The translations under genes were made by a program, and so were the position numbers. Positions 39,374-52,200 of a stretch of DNA of 64,000 nucleotides are shown one piece after another (positions within the stretch are counted from its first letter, which is position 1; each line of letters starts with the position of its first letter). Source of the stretch: Trichosphaerium sp. ATCC 40318. Taxonomy: Eukaryota > Protista > Tubulinea. Below the pieces are notes generated by a model. It saw only the letters and a list, made by a program, of their open reading frames with translations. It had not been told where the DNA came from and did no database searches. Location: the NCBI GenBank assembly GCA_038496445.1, contig JALMLS010000455.1, positions 930,001-994,000 of the forward strand, read 5' to 3'.

Positions 39374-40361
39374 ATGAAGCGCATGTCATCGTTAACAACT
39401 AACGAACCTTCAAAGAAAATAAAAAAGCTAACAAACCTCTGTACAGACGCGTTGGGATCATTGTCGGATGATAAACTGCTAGAACAGCTAAACAAATGTC
39501 AAGTGCCTTTAGAATCACTCTCCGACGCTATTATAAACCGCATTGGCAACATTTACGCAAAAGAAGTCGTTAGATCAATGTACGACATTCACGAGCGTCT
39601 TAAGCTCCCAAACATCAAAAACAATACAAAGGCTAAAGAAAAAGCGTTATCCATGTTAAAATATCACTTGGACACAATCACCTTCACCAAAGAGTTCAAA
39701 TCTCGCTTTAGTGAATGGATAAAAGCTATGAGACAGTTTGTTTATTATCTTTCTGATGCGGAAGAAGAAGAGAGTATGAGTAGTTTAGATGAGCAAGAAG
39801 ATTTCCCAGCACCGACATGTAGCAGTTATGAGCAAATTGATCAACTAGAGCTATTGGGTGAACTTGTTGAGGTTCAGAGTATAGGTACAGTGCAACTAAA
39901 TGTGGATGTTTATAAATTATTCTTTTGGTTTTTTTTTCCTCCTTTCGCTTTATTGGCTGACATTGTTGGTTTTTTTTGTAGATAACGCGATGATAAAAAT
40001 AGCAAAAGACACTATCGTAGAAAAAATAGTTAATGCAAGTGTCGGTTTTGGTGAAGATAAAATATATATTCACTTTAGTTATACAGTATCTAGTCCTCAT
40101 AGGGATACTTATAAATCTGAAGTGTACTTTTCTGCAAATGGAAAAAGTATTTTCTACGAGTACACTGAGATTTCCACAACAAAAGAGGGTGGTACTGAAG
40201 AAATTGAGAAACTTCAAAAGGATATGTTCAAACTCATTTCAACAAAGCTTGGTGGCAATGTAGATATGGTCTTTACTAAGTATCAGTTCCTAACTTTTTT
40301 ACATCTCATTTTTAACTATGACAATGATGAAATGTATTCACATTCATTCTTAGCGCTTTAA
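39374..40361 (+). CDS. Hypothetical protein (probably 2 exons)
   Basis: ORFs 39374..39985 and 39900..40361 overlap across a T-rich intron ending ttgtag near 39981; no family recognised. Confidence 0.6.
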
Positions 40362-42679
40362 AAATAAAGTATTTGTTGTTACTGGTATTTATTATAGCAC
40401 CCACTTTATTGGAGAATTCCTGGACATGTTCCTTGGTATAGCCTTAATCGTCTTTTTATTTTTTTGTTGTGTGACCTTACCTCACAATAACATAACGATT
40501 GTTTAACTCCAAAGGGTACTCCGTTACCATAAAGATTGATTTTCTATGAGACGCGCTTTGAGTTTGTTCAGTAACATAAGTTATCTAGTATACTTTATCC
40601 GGTTACTTCTTCGAGCTTTCCAGGTGTTTGATCTTTCAAGCTGCACTAGCTGTTTCTGGTGCGAAGCTTTTTTCTTGGTGTGTAGGGTGAGACTGTAACA
40701 GCGTTAACGGACATTATATGTCCATTAAAACTTATTACATACTTGAACGTCAACTCATCTATTAAAGAAAATGAAAAAAACACAGCGTACAAACAGTGTC
40801 TCGTGCATTTTTAGTTAGAACAAGTGTAGATGAAGTTTGTAAGAAGCATCTGGTACTTTCGAGATAAAAGAAAGTACATACGTCATAAACAGTCTGAATT
40901 ATCGGCTTTTGGATGCATTTGACTTGGTCATTTGACACATGTCAAAATGTGCTGCCAAGTGTCAATGTGAAAGATCGGTTTTTTGTTTAATCATTTCATT
41001 TACGCACCGTATTTCTAATACAGGATCTTTCGATACAAGAAGAGCTATTGCGAACACTTGAACTTCAAAAAGTTAGAAGTTATAAAGAGTCTTCGCCACA
41101 ACTATTTTCAGGCGTAGTCGCCGTTTTTTTTGTTACCGTTGCTTCCTACTGATAGACGTTGTAGGTAAAATCATAGCAAAGACGACAGAGCAGTACAAAA
41201 GTCTCTAAAAGTGCAACCACTCACTATAGAAGTGAGATAGAGAGCTACACAATACTTAACCGGCGGGATTTGGGCGGTTTAACGTTTCTTTTTTCAAAAG
41301 GCGTTCTTTTTTTGCTTGTACGTGGTTAAATCAAGCTAAAGTATGTACTTGGCTACTCGTTGGTACCCTACTCTATGGACACGGCTGTAATTTTATCACG
41401 CTAACTAAAGCCTTCAAAAATGTTCTATATGCACTAAATAGGCGCTTACAGTCCTTTTTGGCCTTTATGTAGTCAGCGAAAAAACTGACCGTTGGGGAAA
41501 AAGTGTGACCAAGCTTTTTCAGCGAGAAAAGGCAAGCTGCAACAACAAAGGGGTATTGGCTAACTTTGGTTGGCTTTTATTGTAGAGGTATCCCATTCGT
41601 TAGTGATAAGGGTTTACTGTTACCTCGTGCAGCTCCGTTGCAGTTTTGTCTTTTCTTGTCCGCCTGCTACTCATAGACTCTAAGATTGGGACGCATCATT
41701 ATACAAGGTAAGATGTTCGCTTTAACTTAGTATTAGCGTTCTGACTTTTTATTCAAGCACCGAGGACTCTGTAGACGCGTGGAGGGTAGTAACGCGTATT
41801 CAGCTCTGCACCTTTAGTTTTAGCTCTTTTTTGGTTTGTTTTGATCCTTGTGCGTTAAGTTTTCGCCAAGACGCTGCTGAATGGTTTGTCTCTTGTTGGC
41901 CCTTTAATGTCTGTGTTGGAGCGTTTACACAGTTTCGTTGCTGTTGACCTGCGCCGTGTAGTGAGCCGTACAGCGTTACGTTTGTTTATGCTATTACAAC
42001 GTTTTTGAAAATGCAAATAGCGTCTTTCTATTCAGAACAATTAGCCGTCATCCGAAATGTGTTTAGAAGTTGGCATGTTGATCATGACGCAGCTATGGCA
42101 CTCACACGTTTTTGCCAGATTACGCAAGCATTCCAATGCTTGTCGGCTTCAAAACGTAGTGTTAAATGAGTATATGGTGTGAAAGCGTAAAATTATGTAA
42201 CCGAGAAAAAAATTATGAACTAACACAGGATATGCTCTTTGAGCACTTGCTCATAGCCGCTCTAAACGATTGGCTGAAAAAACGGTTTGCTCTCTAAAAT
42301 CGAGCAAAAATACTCTGGACCCGTTAATTACGCGTAAAGGGAGTGTAGGTGTGCCCAAAACGCCGTTTAAAGCAAAAAAGATAATAATATGGTAAAACTC
42401 CCTGGGCTCCCTCAATTATATTCTAATACAGCCTATTAGTGTTTGGACCGCGTTGCGCTAGCCTTTAATGTTTGAAAGAAAAATTCTCACGTAGAAAACT
42501 GGACATTTTTTGCATCACTAAAATTAGCCATGCTAAACGCATCAGTCACGTGTTCGGCCATAGAAATACCTGAACATTTAATTGAGTGTTTGTTAATCTT
42601 CTTCTGTTGTTGAACTGAAAACTATTCTGTCGTCAGCCCTCAGTAAAATGGACAACTTAAAGTACAACGCACAGGTTGA

Positions 42680-43115
42680 GATAAAACCACATGGTGTAAA
42701 CAAAGAGCGGTATGAAAATGCACCAACATCAATGTGGTTGATGGTAAGCGACGTGGTGACTAGTATGAAAATGGAGAATTTGCATCAACGTCCATATGGG
42801 TTGATGGAAAGAAACTAACTTGAGGTTTAAACAAAGTGGTATGCTCCTTGCTTGTTCGTTCGGCACCACATACACACCCCTTCATGTTTGCCATTAACAA
42901 GATAATATTTTGTGCGCAATTGGCCGTTGGTGGCCAACACTTGTATTCTCCTTCAAATTTACCATTGACTTTAGTGCCATGCAGCCACAGTTGACCATTT
43001 GGATACCACCTCTTGTACTCTCCATCAAGTGCGCCATTGACAAAATTGTATTGCAAACTCACTCGTCCATTATCATGCCAACTCTTGCATTCTCCATGTT
43101 GACTACCATGTGACC
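42680..43115 (-). pseudogene. Decayed MORN-variant (MORN_2) repeat fragments, partly on both strands
   Basis: Minus: HGECKSWHDNGRVSLQYNFVNGALDGEYKRWYPNGQLWLHGTKVNGKFEGEYKCW then frameshift; plus ~42700-42845: VDGKRRGD*YENGEFASTSIWVDGKK. Confidence 0.7.
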
Positions 43116-43630
43116 AACACCGTTGATGAGTCTAAAATAAAATTAAAAAGTGTTGTACTAAAAAACCCACAGTACAAGTTGGTTTTTGGATGTTCTACTT
43201 TCCCATTTTCCATGTTTTTTCATGTCGCTATCAAACCTAGTGTTCCTTGCTGCATTTTTCGAAAGTAGAGGCCACTTTAAATACACTGATGATTCTAAAT
43301 CGATGATATCAAGCTGTATCTCAACTGGAAGGAGCACTAGATGGCAAGTTTCTGATTTTACACTAGATCTCTACATTTAGTTGTTATGTGCTTAATTAGA
43401 TTATTGAAAAGTTGTCAGTACCTTGTATAGAACGCTAATGGTGTATACGAGAATCCTCAACAAGAAATAAATACCACAGATCAGTATGTACATTTCTAAC
43501 ATTGCGTTGTGCCCTTGAGTACCGACTAGTTATTCAGCAAATACAACAAATGATTTTGAATAGCTTGGACTCAAGCGTGAAAATCAATTGAACTTTTCGA
43601 ACACAGCACAAGCAATCGCCGAATAAAAAA

Positions 43631-46003
43631 ATGCGTGTCGTACTAGCTCTATTAGTACTCGTTGTATTATCAAGTTACGCGCAAAAGCCTCCAAAACCGC
43701 ACGTGGTATTCCTTTTGATAGACGACTACGGTTGGGCCAATGTTGGTTACCACAGGTACGTACAGTAGTATTTTATATACCGTTAACGGTTTTTATCTTG
43801 TGACACCCTTTCCAATACCAAACGTTGGCTATCTTTTTAATAGTTTGTTTTTTACATTTTATTTTGTTTTACTAGCGAGCTAGCACTTTATCACATTTCG
43901 GCAAAATAACCTCATACTAATAGGAACCCTCCTACTAAAGAGGTTCAAACACCTAATATCGATGCATTAGTTGCTGAAGGCATAGAATTAGATAGACACT
44001 ACGTATTCAAGGTATGTCACTTTTCACGCTACTTTTCCGATTTCTTTTCTTTTGCCACGTGTTTTTCTTCTTATTTGCCTTTTTACACCAATTGATATAG
44101 TACTGCTCTCCAACTCGTTCTGCTATACAATCAGGAAGAAATCCTATCCACGTTAACGTGCTAAATATCCCACCAACCTTTCACAATGTTACCGATCCTG
44201 TGTCTGGTTTTCAAGGTATTCCAAGGAACATGACGGGCATTGCTGAAAAGATGAAGAGTGCTGGTTATGCTACTCATATGGCAGGGAAATGGTAAGCAAT
44301 AATTAATAATTATCAAAGTGCTAAACGATCCTAGGGACGCTGGCATGGTAAAGCTTCGTACAAATGAAAACTTTTAATTTAACTTCTATAATATAGGCAA
44401 CACCTGATCATTCTCCTCTTGGAAGAGGATATGAAACAAGTCTTCATTACTTTCATCATGCAAACGACTACTGGACGTACGTTATTGTGCAAAAAAAAGA
44501 GCCGGCAGCTTTTTGCGTATCGAGATATTTGCAACTTTGTATCACGTGTTATTCCTCATGGTACTTAAGGTATGATGTTGGTCAGTGTTCAAAAGAAAAT
44601 ATTGTAGATTTGTGGCATACCGATGAGCCAGCACGGGCACTTACTAATCCAAAAACATGCAGTCAGAGTAATCAAGCAAGCGATTGCGTTTACGAAGATC
44701 AGTTATTTGAACAACATGTTTTTGACGTTTTGGATAATCATGATCCATCAACCCCTCTCTTCCTATTCTGGGCACCTCACTCTATTCACGCACCTCTAGA
44801 GGTAAGATACCATGATATAAGAATACTCTCATTCACAAATACACTCAAGGTACCTCAAGAGTACGTCGACAAGTTCTCGTTTATCGACAAAAAACCAAGA
44901 CAAATGTACCACGTGCGTGATATTTTTCTTCGCCTGTAGTTTTGTTCTTGACATTTAAACAGGCTATGGTAAACTTTATCGATTCCCGTATTGGTATGAT
45001 CGTAAATAAGCTAAAAGAAAAAGGAATGTTTGAAGATACATTGATTGTAATGTCAGCAGATAATGGAGGACCAATCTATTCAAATGGTACAATACCTGTT
45101 CTTGCCTTTATTTTGTTTTAACCTTATAAGGTTCTGCTGGAGCTAATAACTGGCCACTCAGAGGAGGAAAGATGAGCAACTTTGAAGGAGGCGTAAGAGT
45201 CAACGCCTTTGCATCTGGAGGTCTAGTACGTATACAAAATCAAACTCTCGATAGAGAATCTACACTTTTGTTTATACAAAGTAGATTCCAAAAGAACGAA
45301 GAGGAACTAAGGAAGAAGGATATATATGTGGATGGGATTGGTATGCTACATTCTGTGCTATAGCAGGTGTTGATCCAACTGATGAAAAAGCTGCTAAAGG
45401 TAACTATAAAATTCATAAGCGTTTTCTTAGCTTTGTCTAGCAAAATTACCTCCAATCGACTCCCTCAACATGTGGCCTCTTTTATCCGGACAAACTAAGA
45501 CAAGTCCACGTAATATAATTCCCCTGGGAAGTCCAGATCCTCCTAGTGCTAGTGGTAGTATGGTACCTACAATAGTTAATGGCGTAATAGTAGGTGAATG
45601 GAAGGTAACAGTTACTTTAGCAAAGTAATGAACTAAATTCTTATAGCTCCTTGTTGGTGATGTAACTCAAGATTCTTGGACTGGTCCACAGTACCCTAAC
45701 ATTACTACAAACTGGATATCAACAGCTCATCATCTCTCCTGTGGAACCAGCGGTTGCCTATTCAACATTAAGAATGGTAAACAAAACTATTTTTTTTTAC
45801 ACTCCTTTGACTAACTTTTAACAGATCCAACTGAACACGTTAATCTGGCAAGCCAAGAACCTGCAATGCTCGCTGAAATGCATACTCACCTGAAAAGAGC
45901 TCAAGCGTCAGTATTTAGCCCTCATAGAGGTACTGTATCACCAAAAGCATGTGAAGACGCTCTAGGCAAGTATAAAGGATATTGGGGTCCTTTTGTCGAA
46001 TAA
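43631..46003 (+). CDS. Arylsulfatase B-like secreted/lysosomal sulfatase
   Basis: Signal peptide, PHVVFLLIDDYGWANVGYH, TPNIDAL, CSPTRS formylglycine motif, GKW, SADNGG, NNWPLRGGK, GYWGPFVE*. Confidence 0.92.
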
Positions 46004-47492
46004 ATATGTGTGGCTATTCACTCATTTGAGTGAGAACAGCTTTTCACCTTTGCACTATACATTCTTCAAGTTACTCCTAATTCGTGACTTTGTATTTGGC
46101 GAGGGCGATCAATTACTATTCCTGTTTTTTTCCTACAAAGTGAACTTTCCATTGCCAATAACATGTTCTTGCGAGAGTGATGACTGCAGCTTTGAAGCCA
46201 TTATCTTACATCCAATAAAACTACAGCATGTTTGTTCTTTCTTGCAGGTGAGTTTATCCTGTGAACATTTTAGAATCCTTCAAAACAAAAAGTACAGGTG
46301 CCTTGTTACAAGTAAATTCATTTCAAAACGAAAAATAATTTCACTTTTACTATCGTATAGTATCCAGTAGTACCAGTGCAAATCAACGTTAAGTAACATA
46401 TGTTTTGGTACATTGATACCTCAGCATTGAATGGCCGTCATTCACGGATAATAAGAAGTTGTACCAAGACTCCATCGTTTTATTTACAAGCTGGGTACAT
46501 GAAAAAGTTGTCTGACAATTTAGAATGTTTAAAGTACACATTGCTTGACATCGGTTTGCTCCGTTTGCATGTTTTCTATACTGAGTGTTGCATCTGGCAC
46601 GATGCTACAAAAGATGCTTGTATGTGAGTACTTTGGCTCCAACGCTATTGACATGTGTATTTTTACAATTGATCATTGAGTGTGAGGTTACTTTTAAATA
46701 GCAAGCTTTGAAGCTATTAAACACAACTATTGACATCTCAAAGACAAAACATTTTAGCATACAAATTGAAAAGGAAATTTTTGGGTGGGATGTGGGTGAT
46801 TGCTGCTCGCCATGTTGTTAATAAGCTTTGTAGGTTGTTGATTTAAACGAAGTCAACTGAAGTTTACCTAAACGTCTGTAACGGAGTAAAACACGTGTAC
46901 ATCCATGAAATGTTATCACATGTGTTTTTTTTTTTTTTGTTTCACTCGCAAGTTCTGAATATTCCTTTGTGATCGCTAAGTTATTTTGATTGATAGCATC
47001 ACTTGATACTATAGGCCTAGTACACAATTTATTCTAAAGCCCATTCATATTGTGAACACCTTTTTTTTTTTATTTGTTTATCATTATAGTAACCGCACAT
47101 TGTTTCTGACAATCTTTTCTTTATGGTATGTGTCTCTACACCTTGCCTGTTATATTATACATTTGCTTTGCAGTAGTAGAAGAAAGAAAGCTAGTCAAGA
47201 AGACGATTGACCAACAAACAACATAAAATATTTAGCACACAAACACGAACAACGTTTTTCTCATCTTTGAGCTCAAAAATACAAGCAATGACGTCAAATT
47301 ACATAATGTACGATTAAACCAAAGTGCTTCTATCATTTGTTAAATAGTTAATGATACCATGTGTAACGCACTGGTGGCGGGATACATGATTGTATGAATC
47401 GTTTTTTTGAAAAAAACTTCAACCTCTGTAGTTTATAATATTCACAACCGTTAAGGTCACCACATACCTTATCACCGAAACGCAGAACAACG

Positions 47493-48784
47493 ATGCAACG
47501 TGTGGAGATAGTAGTGATTGGGAATCCCAATGTTGGTACGCTATCACACACGTGACAGCCAATAGAGAAAAACAAGCTGTTTCGTAAAATTGTTTCTCTA
47601 ACACGATTGTTTGGCGTAGGAAAGACTTGTTTCGTGATGAAATTCGTCCAAGGTACGTACAAGAACTGATTTAACATACCAAAAATGCTATACATCCAAA
47701 TATACTTCACTCACGCTACTCCATGTGGTGTAATTATGAGCATAACTGCACTTTGAATTTCCTACACCCTAGTTTTCGAACTCGAACATTATCGTAAGTT
47801 AATGACGCGTAGGAAGCCTCCCTAAAAAGTTCACACCTTCTGTATTTCAACAAGACTACCCGTAATATTTACATATCATCGTTTTTACATAAACTAATAG
47901 ATATGTAGAATGCCTTGGCGGACATATTTCGGAGTAGACGTAGACTTAAGTACGGAATAACCAAAAAAAAAAACTCCTCCTTTTGGGTTTTAGAATCGTC
48001 ATGTAAAAAAAATCACGTGATTTATGACGGCACGATTGTCTTAACTTTACGTTAGCATTATGGGATACACCAGGTATTTATCATCATATTCCGCCAAGCT
48101 CACGGGATAATACAGACACGACGTACGATAGTCAAATTTATTCTGAAGCTGTACGCCTTCTCCTTTTTTGTGTTTTTCAAAGCAACGCTTGAACCAATTT
48201 AAGTTTATTTCCGTTTATTTTATGTTGTTATCCGGCTGTCTATCATTAGTTTATCTTTAAATTGTATTTTTGGAATACAGCTATTGACCTTCTTTTTTTA
48301 GACTTGTTTTCTTTGTATGTTCGATGTAACTTCTTCCAAGTCTTTAAGAGCCATAGAAACGAGAGTATGTAATTCGAATCAATTAATTTACGTTAATGTT
48401 ATTGACGTATAGTACTACCGTTCGATTATGAGATACAGACCTGAAGCGCCCATCATTTTGATTGGAACGAAAACAGATTTGCGAGACAAAGACAACAAAC
48501 GCCATGTTTCAACAGAAAAGGCTGTTGAAACAGCGAAGAAGATAAATGTATGCTTATGTACTTTCTCTGTGATCACTAATGATATGTACAGGCACACAGT
48601 TATATAGAAACAAGCGCAGTTACAGGCGTTGGGTTGTACTCAGGTAAGAAACCAAAGTTAGTGACGCAAAAGATTCTATTTCTAAGTGTCTATAGCGATT
48701 ACTGAAGCTACAACTGCAGCGTTACTGAGCCAAGGATTCAAAAGATATACAAAGGCTCCTAAAAAGACATGTTCTATCATGTGA
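47493..48784 (+). CDS. Divergent Rho/Rac-family small GTPase
   Basis: IVVIGNPNVG|KTC, LWDTPG, PIILIGTKTDLR, YIETSA, C-terminal CAAX KKTCSIM*. Confidence 0.8.
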
Positions 48785-49060
48785 GGTGACTTTCTATTGA
48801 AGCAGTTAGATTCAACAAAAGCGAACATGAAAAGCAAATGATTGAAACTCCCTGGACATTGCATCCACCAACGGCGGTAGATTATCAAGCAATGATGGAA
48901 TAGAATATGATTTACGCAAGCTAATAAGCGTGGAATCCAGCAAAAGTGAGAAAGAGGACAAAAGGTAGAAACAATATCAAGCAAAGAAAAAGAAATATCA
49001 ATGAACCTTAGAATGCAATAAATCTTTGACTGGTGAGAAAGACTTTGGTTTATTGTTTTC

Positions 49061-51285
49061 TCAGTACATCTGGAATGGACGTTGTGGTTTTGATCCAGCA
49101 GAATTGTTGAGGTTTGTTTTTTTTTAATCACTTCATTCCACGTGTTGTTACATAAACAGATGCCATACTAACCAATTTTGGTACAGTACTATAACCGAAA
49201 TTCTTTGCAATTTCTTTACCGTATATTCTTGCTTGTTCATCATGTGACCACTGTAGGCATATTACTTTATCAGCGAAATCAGCCATCAAGTTTCTATTGA
49301 GATCTAGAAGATCGAGCCATCAGATAAACGATAAATTTCAAAAAAAAAAAAGTCAAACAGAGCTCTTCTTTTGGTATGTTCTTCAAAACTCTTTGTACGA
49401 GTCAAATTGCATAAGAAGGTAAGGGTTTGATACCAATAAGAAAAGGAATATTCCGTTTAATTGTTTTGTGATCGCGCCATAGTCTTACGCAGGCAAATTC
49501 AAAAAAAAAATGATGTTTTTACAATAAAAGTGGCTTTGAGGATGTACCTAGATGAGTCAAGTTTGCAAGACAGAAGCATCCAAATCGATGTACAAGTACA
49601 TTAGAAGATTCCGCTAGTTTGAACCAATTTGTGAATATTTGCCACAAGAATCCTTGACTCCTCTCATAGTCACTTTTTACAAAAGACGTAAGCAAACCAA
49701 AACTTTAAGAAAGATAGCAAAGACAGTACCGGACTTTTTGTGGTGTAAAGGTTTCCATAAATTTTAATATAGACTCTTGTATATTTGCCTTATATTTTTC
49801 GGCATCAGGGAGGGTCATCATGTCAGCTAAGTGTTAAAAGATAAGTATGCGAGCAACATCAATATTCTTGGTTTTTTCTGAAAAGTCATTTATTTTCACG
49901 TGTATTGCGTGCAATACGTATTAAATTCCTTGTGATTAAAAATAGCGTACTATCATTGAGGAAAGATGATAAAATTATACATGAAAGATATCTAAGCATC
50001 AGTTTATCTGCTTCTGACTTGGATTGAAAAGAATTAAATAGTTCTTGGTCTAATGGTCTGCTGTATTCAAGCACTCGTGGAATGAAATTGAGAGCAAGCA
50101 TACGGGCTCTTGCTTTGCCTTTAATTATTGTCAGTGTATAAAATACTGTAAGGGATACTCACCACTAAACGAGCAGCATTGAAGGCATCCAACAGCGCTA
50201 TAAAATGTATCGAATGTTGCTGTGCTAGGTTTTTCTACTATTCCGTTTACAAACGCCACTAGATTATCAACAACACCCTCATCAACAGCCATGGATTGTA
50301 TATCGTCTATAAGAAGAGATTAATTATATAAAACAGCTACATCAAAGCAAGCTACAACACAAGCGTATAAACAAAAATAAAAGTTTAAAGTAATTTCAAA
50401 AAAAAAATTACACTCCTCTTTTGCTACACTTGACAACAACTTTTCACAGCATGCTACATGTAGCATATCAATAGACAATACAAAGAATAAATTTCATACT
50501 GTTAGCGCTCAAAACAATGTTCCATTAACGAAGAATTGTTGAAACTTGGATTTTTGATTGGCTTTGAGTAGAAATAAATAAAAGTCACGTGGTTTTTTGC
50601 ATTGGTAGAACAGCGTAGTACGTACCGTATTCTAAGAAACCCCATAATACACCAACAGCTATTTGACAAAACTCTGGTCTATCTATCTTTTTAAGAAATC
50701 CCATAAAGAGTGGTAGAGCACCCAAATCGTAAAGGATTTTCGTCATTTCGTCTATTTTTGGGTTAAAGGCGAGCAAAGGGCACCATTTAATCGTAACGGG
50801 TTAAAAACCGCGTACTTGTCTCTGCAAAACTCCATAGAACCGATCCTGCGAGGATTTGCAGCCAAGGTTTATTTTCGTTCTTCAAGTGCTCTACTAATAC
50901 CTCTACGCCTCCTTTCTTGTGAAAGTAAAGCTTATCAACGCCTATTAAGGGTAAATAACAATATATTGTTTAAATAAGCTGAATTACGCGTTTGTGCTAG
51001 TGCCCATGGTCCAAATAGAGCAGATACAGATTCTATTGCGTCTATATGATCCTCATCGGTTTCAGCCGCTTTTAAATCATTCACAACCTCTTCAATATCA
51101 TCGCATTGGGCGTAAACTTCTTTTTTATGTATTAACTCAAGTGCATTATCAGGTACAGCATAAGCCATTTGGTTTTTGGAGCTTTCTGTTTCAAAGTAAA
51201 CCGTTATGTGAACGATAGTGCCTGGTGTTGTAGTTTCACTTTCATGGTAAGTACACAACGAGGTTTTATTGTCCTTTACTTTCAT
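49061..51285 (-). CDS. Hypothetical helical (armadillo-like) protein; 3' end uncertain
   Basis: Exonic ORFs 50935..51285, 50585..50776 (ILYDLGALPLFMGFL..CQIAVGVLWGF) and 49886..50101 separated by short introns. Confidence 0.55.
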
Positions 51286-52200
51286 TTGTGGGCTATGCTT
51301 GCTTTCTGAGGAGTAAAATGTTTAAATATTTAACACCATTTAATTGCAAACAAAAAAACCTTGTGTAACTGTTTGATTACCCAAGATATTCAAGGCATAC
51401 TATAAAGAAGTACCTAACACATTGCAAACTGCGGCGAAAGGCGAAATAAACTTGGTATTCCGAAATAAGCAGTTCCCATAACACAAACATGATGAAAAAT
51501 GATTGAGAGCACGTGCCAACAAAAGAAACATTGGGGCATTGAGGTTAGGAATGTACGTCTCCAAGATCATTCAGGAAATCAACATGTGCATACTTACAGA
51601 AGACAATTAATTTTGAAGGAGTAGAACAACGTAAGCTGATATTTGCTACAAAGTAAATTTATTTAAAAACTCCAAACTGAAACCTATTTTCAAACTCGAG
51701 CGAACAATCGCTTTCAAAATAAATCCCCTATATGTGGGTTCACTAATTTAGCACAGTACCGGGCGGTAAACCGTTTTTGTTCTCGCACAGAACCGTCAAC
51801 ATTAGTAAACAAATCACGTGATTATACAATAGCAAACACTGTCTGTTGGTTTGAGGTCTTATTCAGGTACGCTAGAATTTTGAAACGCGAATCTAGTCTT
51901 GGGTTCGCCTTCGCTTCTTGTTAAGAGTGGGCAATACAAACTCTATCCTGACGCTCTGTAGGGTTTTTGGCTTATATCCTCACGTAACCAACTTGACGCT
52001 TTTACATTTGTACGAGCATTTTACTAGTACAAGTAATTTATCTATCGTTGAAAACACTTTTTGGTTTTTTTGTAAACTTTCACGTGCATAAATTTTAGCC
52101 AATTTTTTTTTTGTTTTCATTTTTGATTAGCTTATTTTTTTTAGCGAATAAAAAAGCACAGCCAGTTGGGGTTTGTGTTGTTTACAGTTGATCATAAACA

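Noticed and set aside
46100-46650. Possible decayed Cys-rich or PARP-like gene on the minus strand
   Set aside because: Only a vague Cys pattern with stops; no diagnostic motif.
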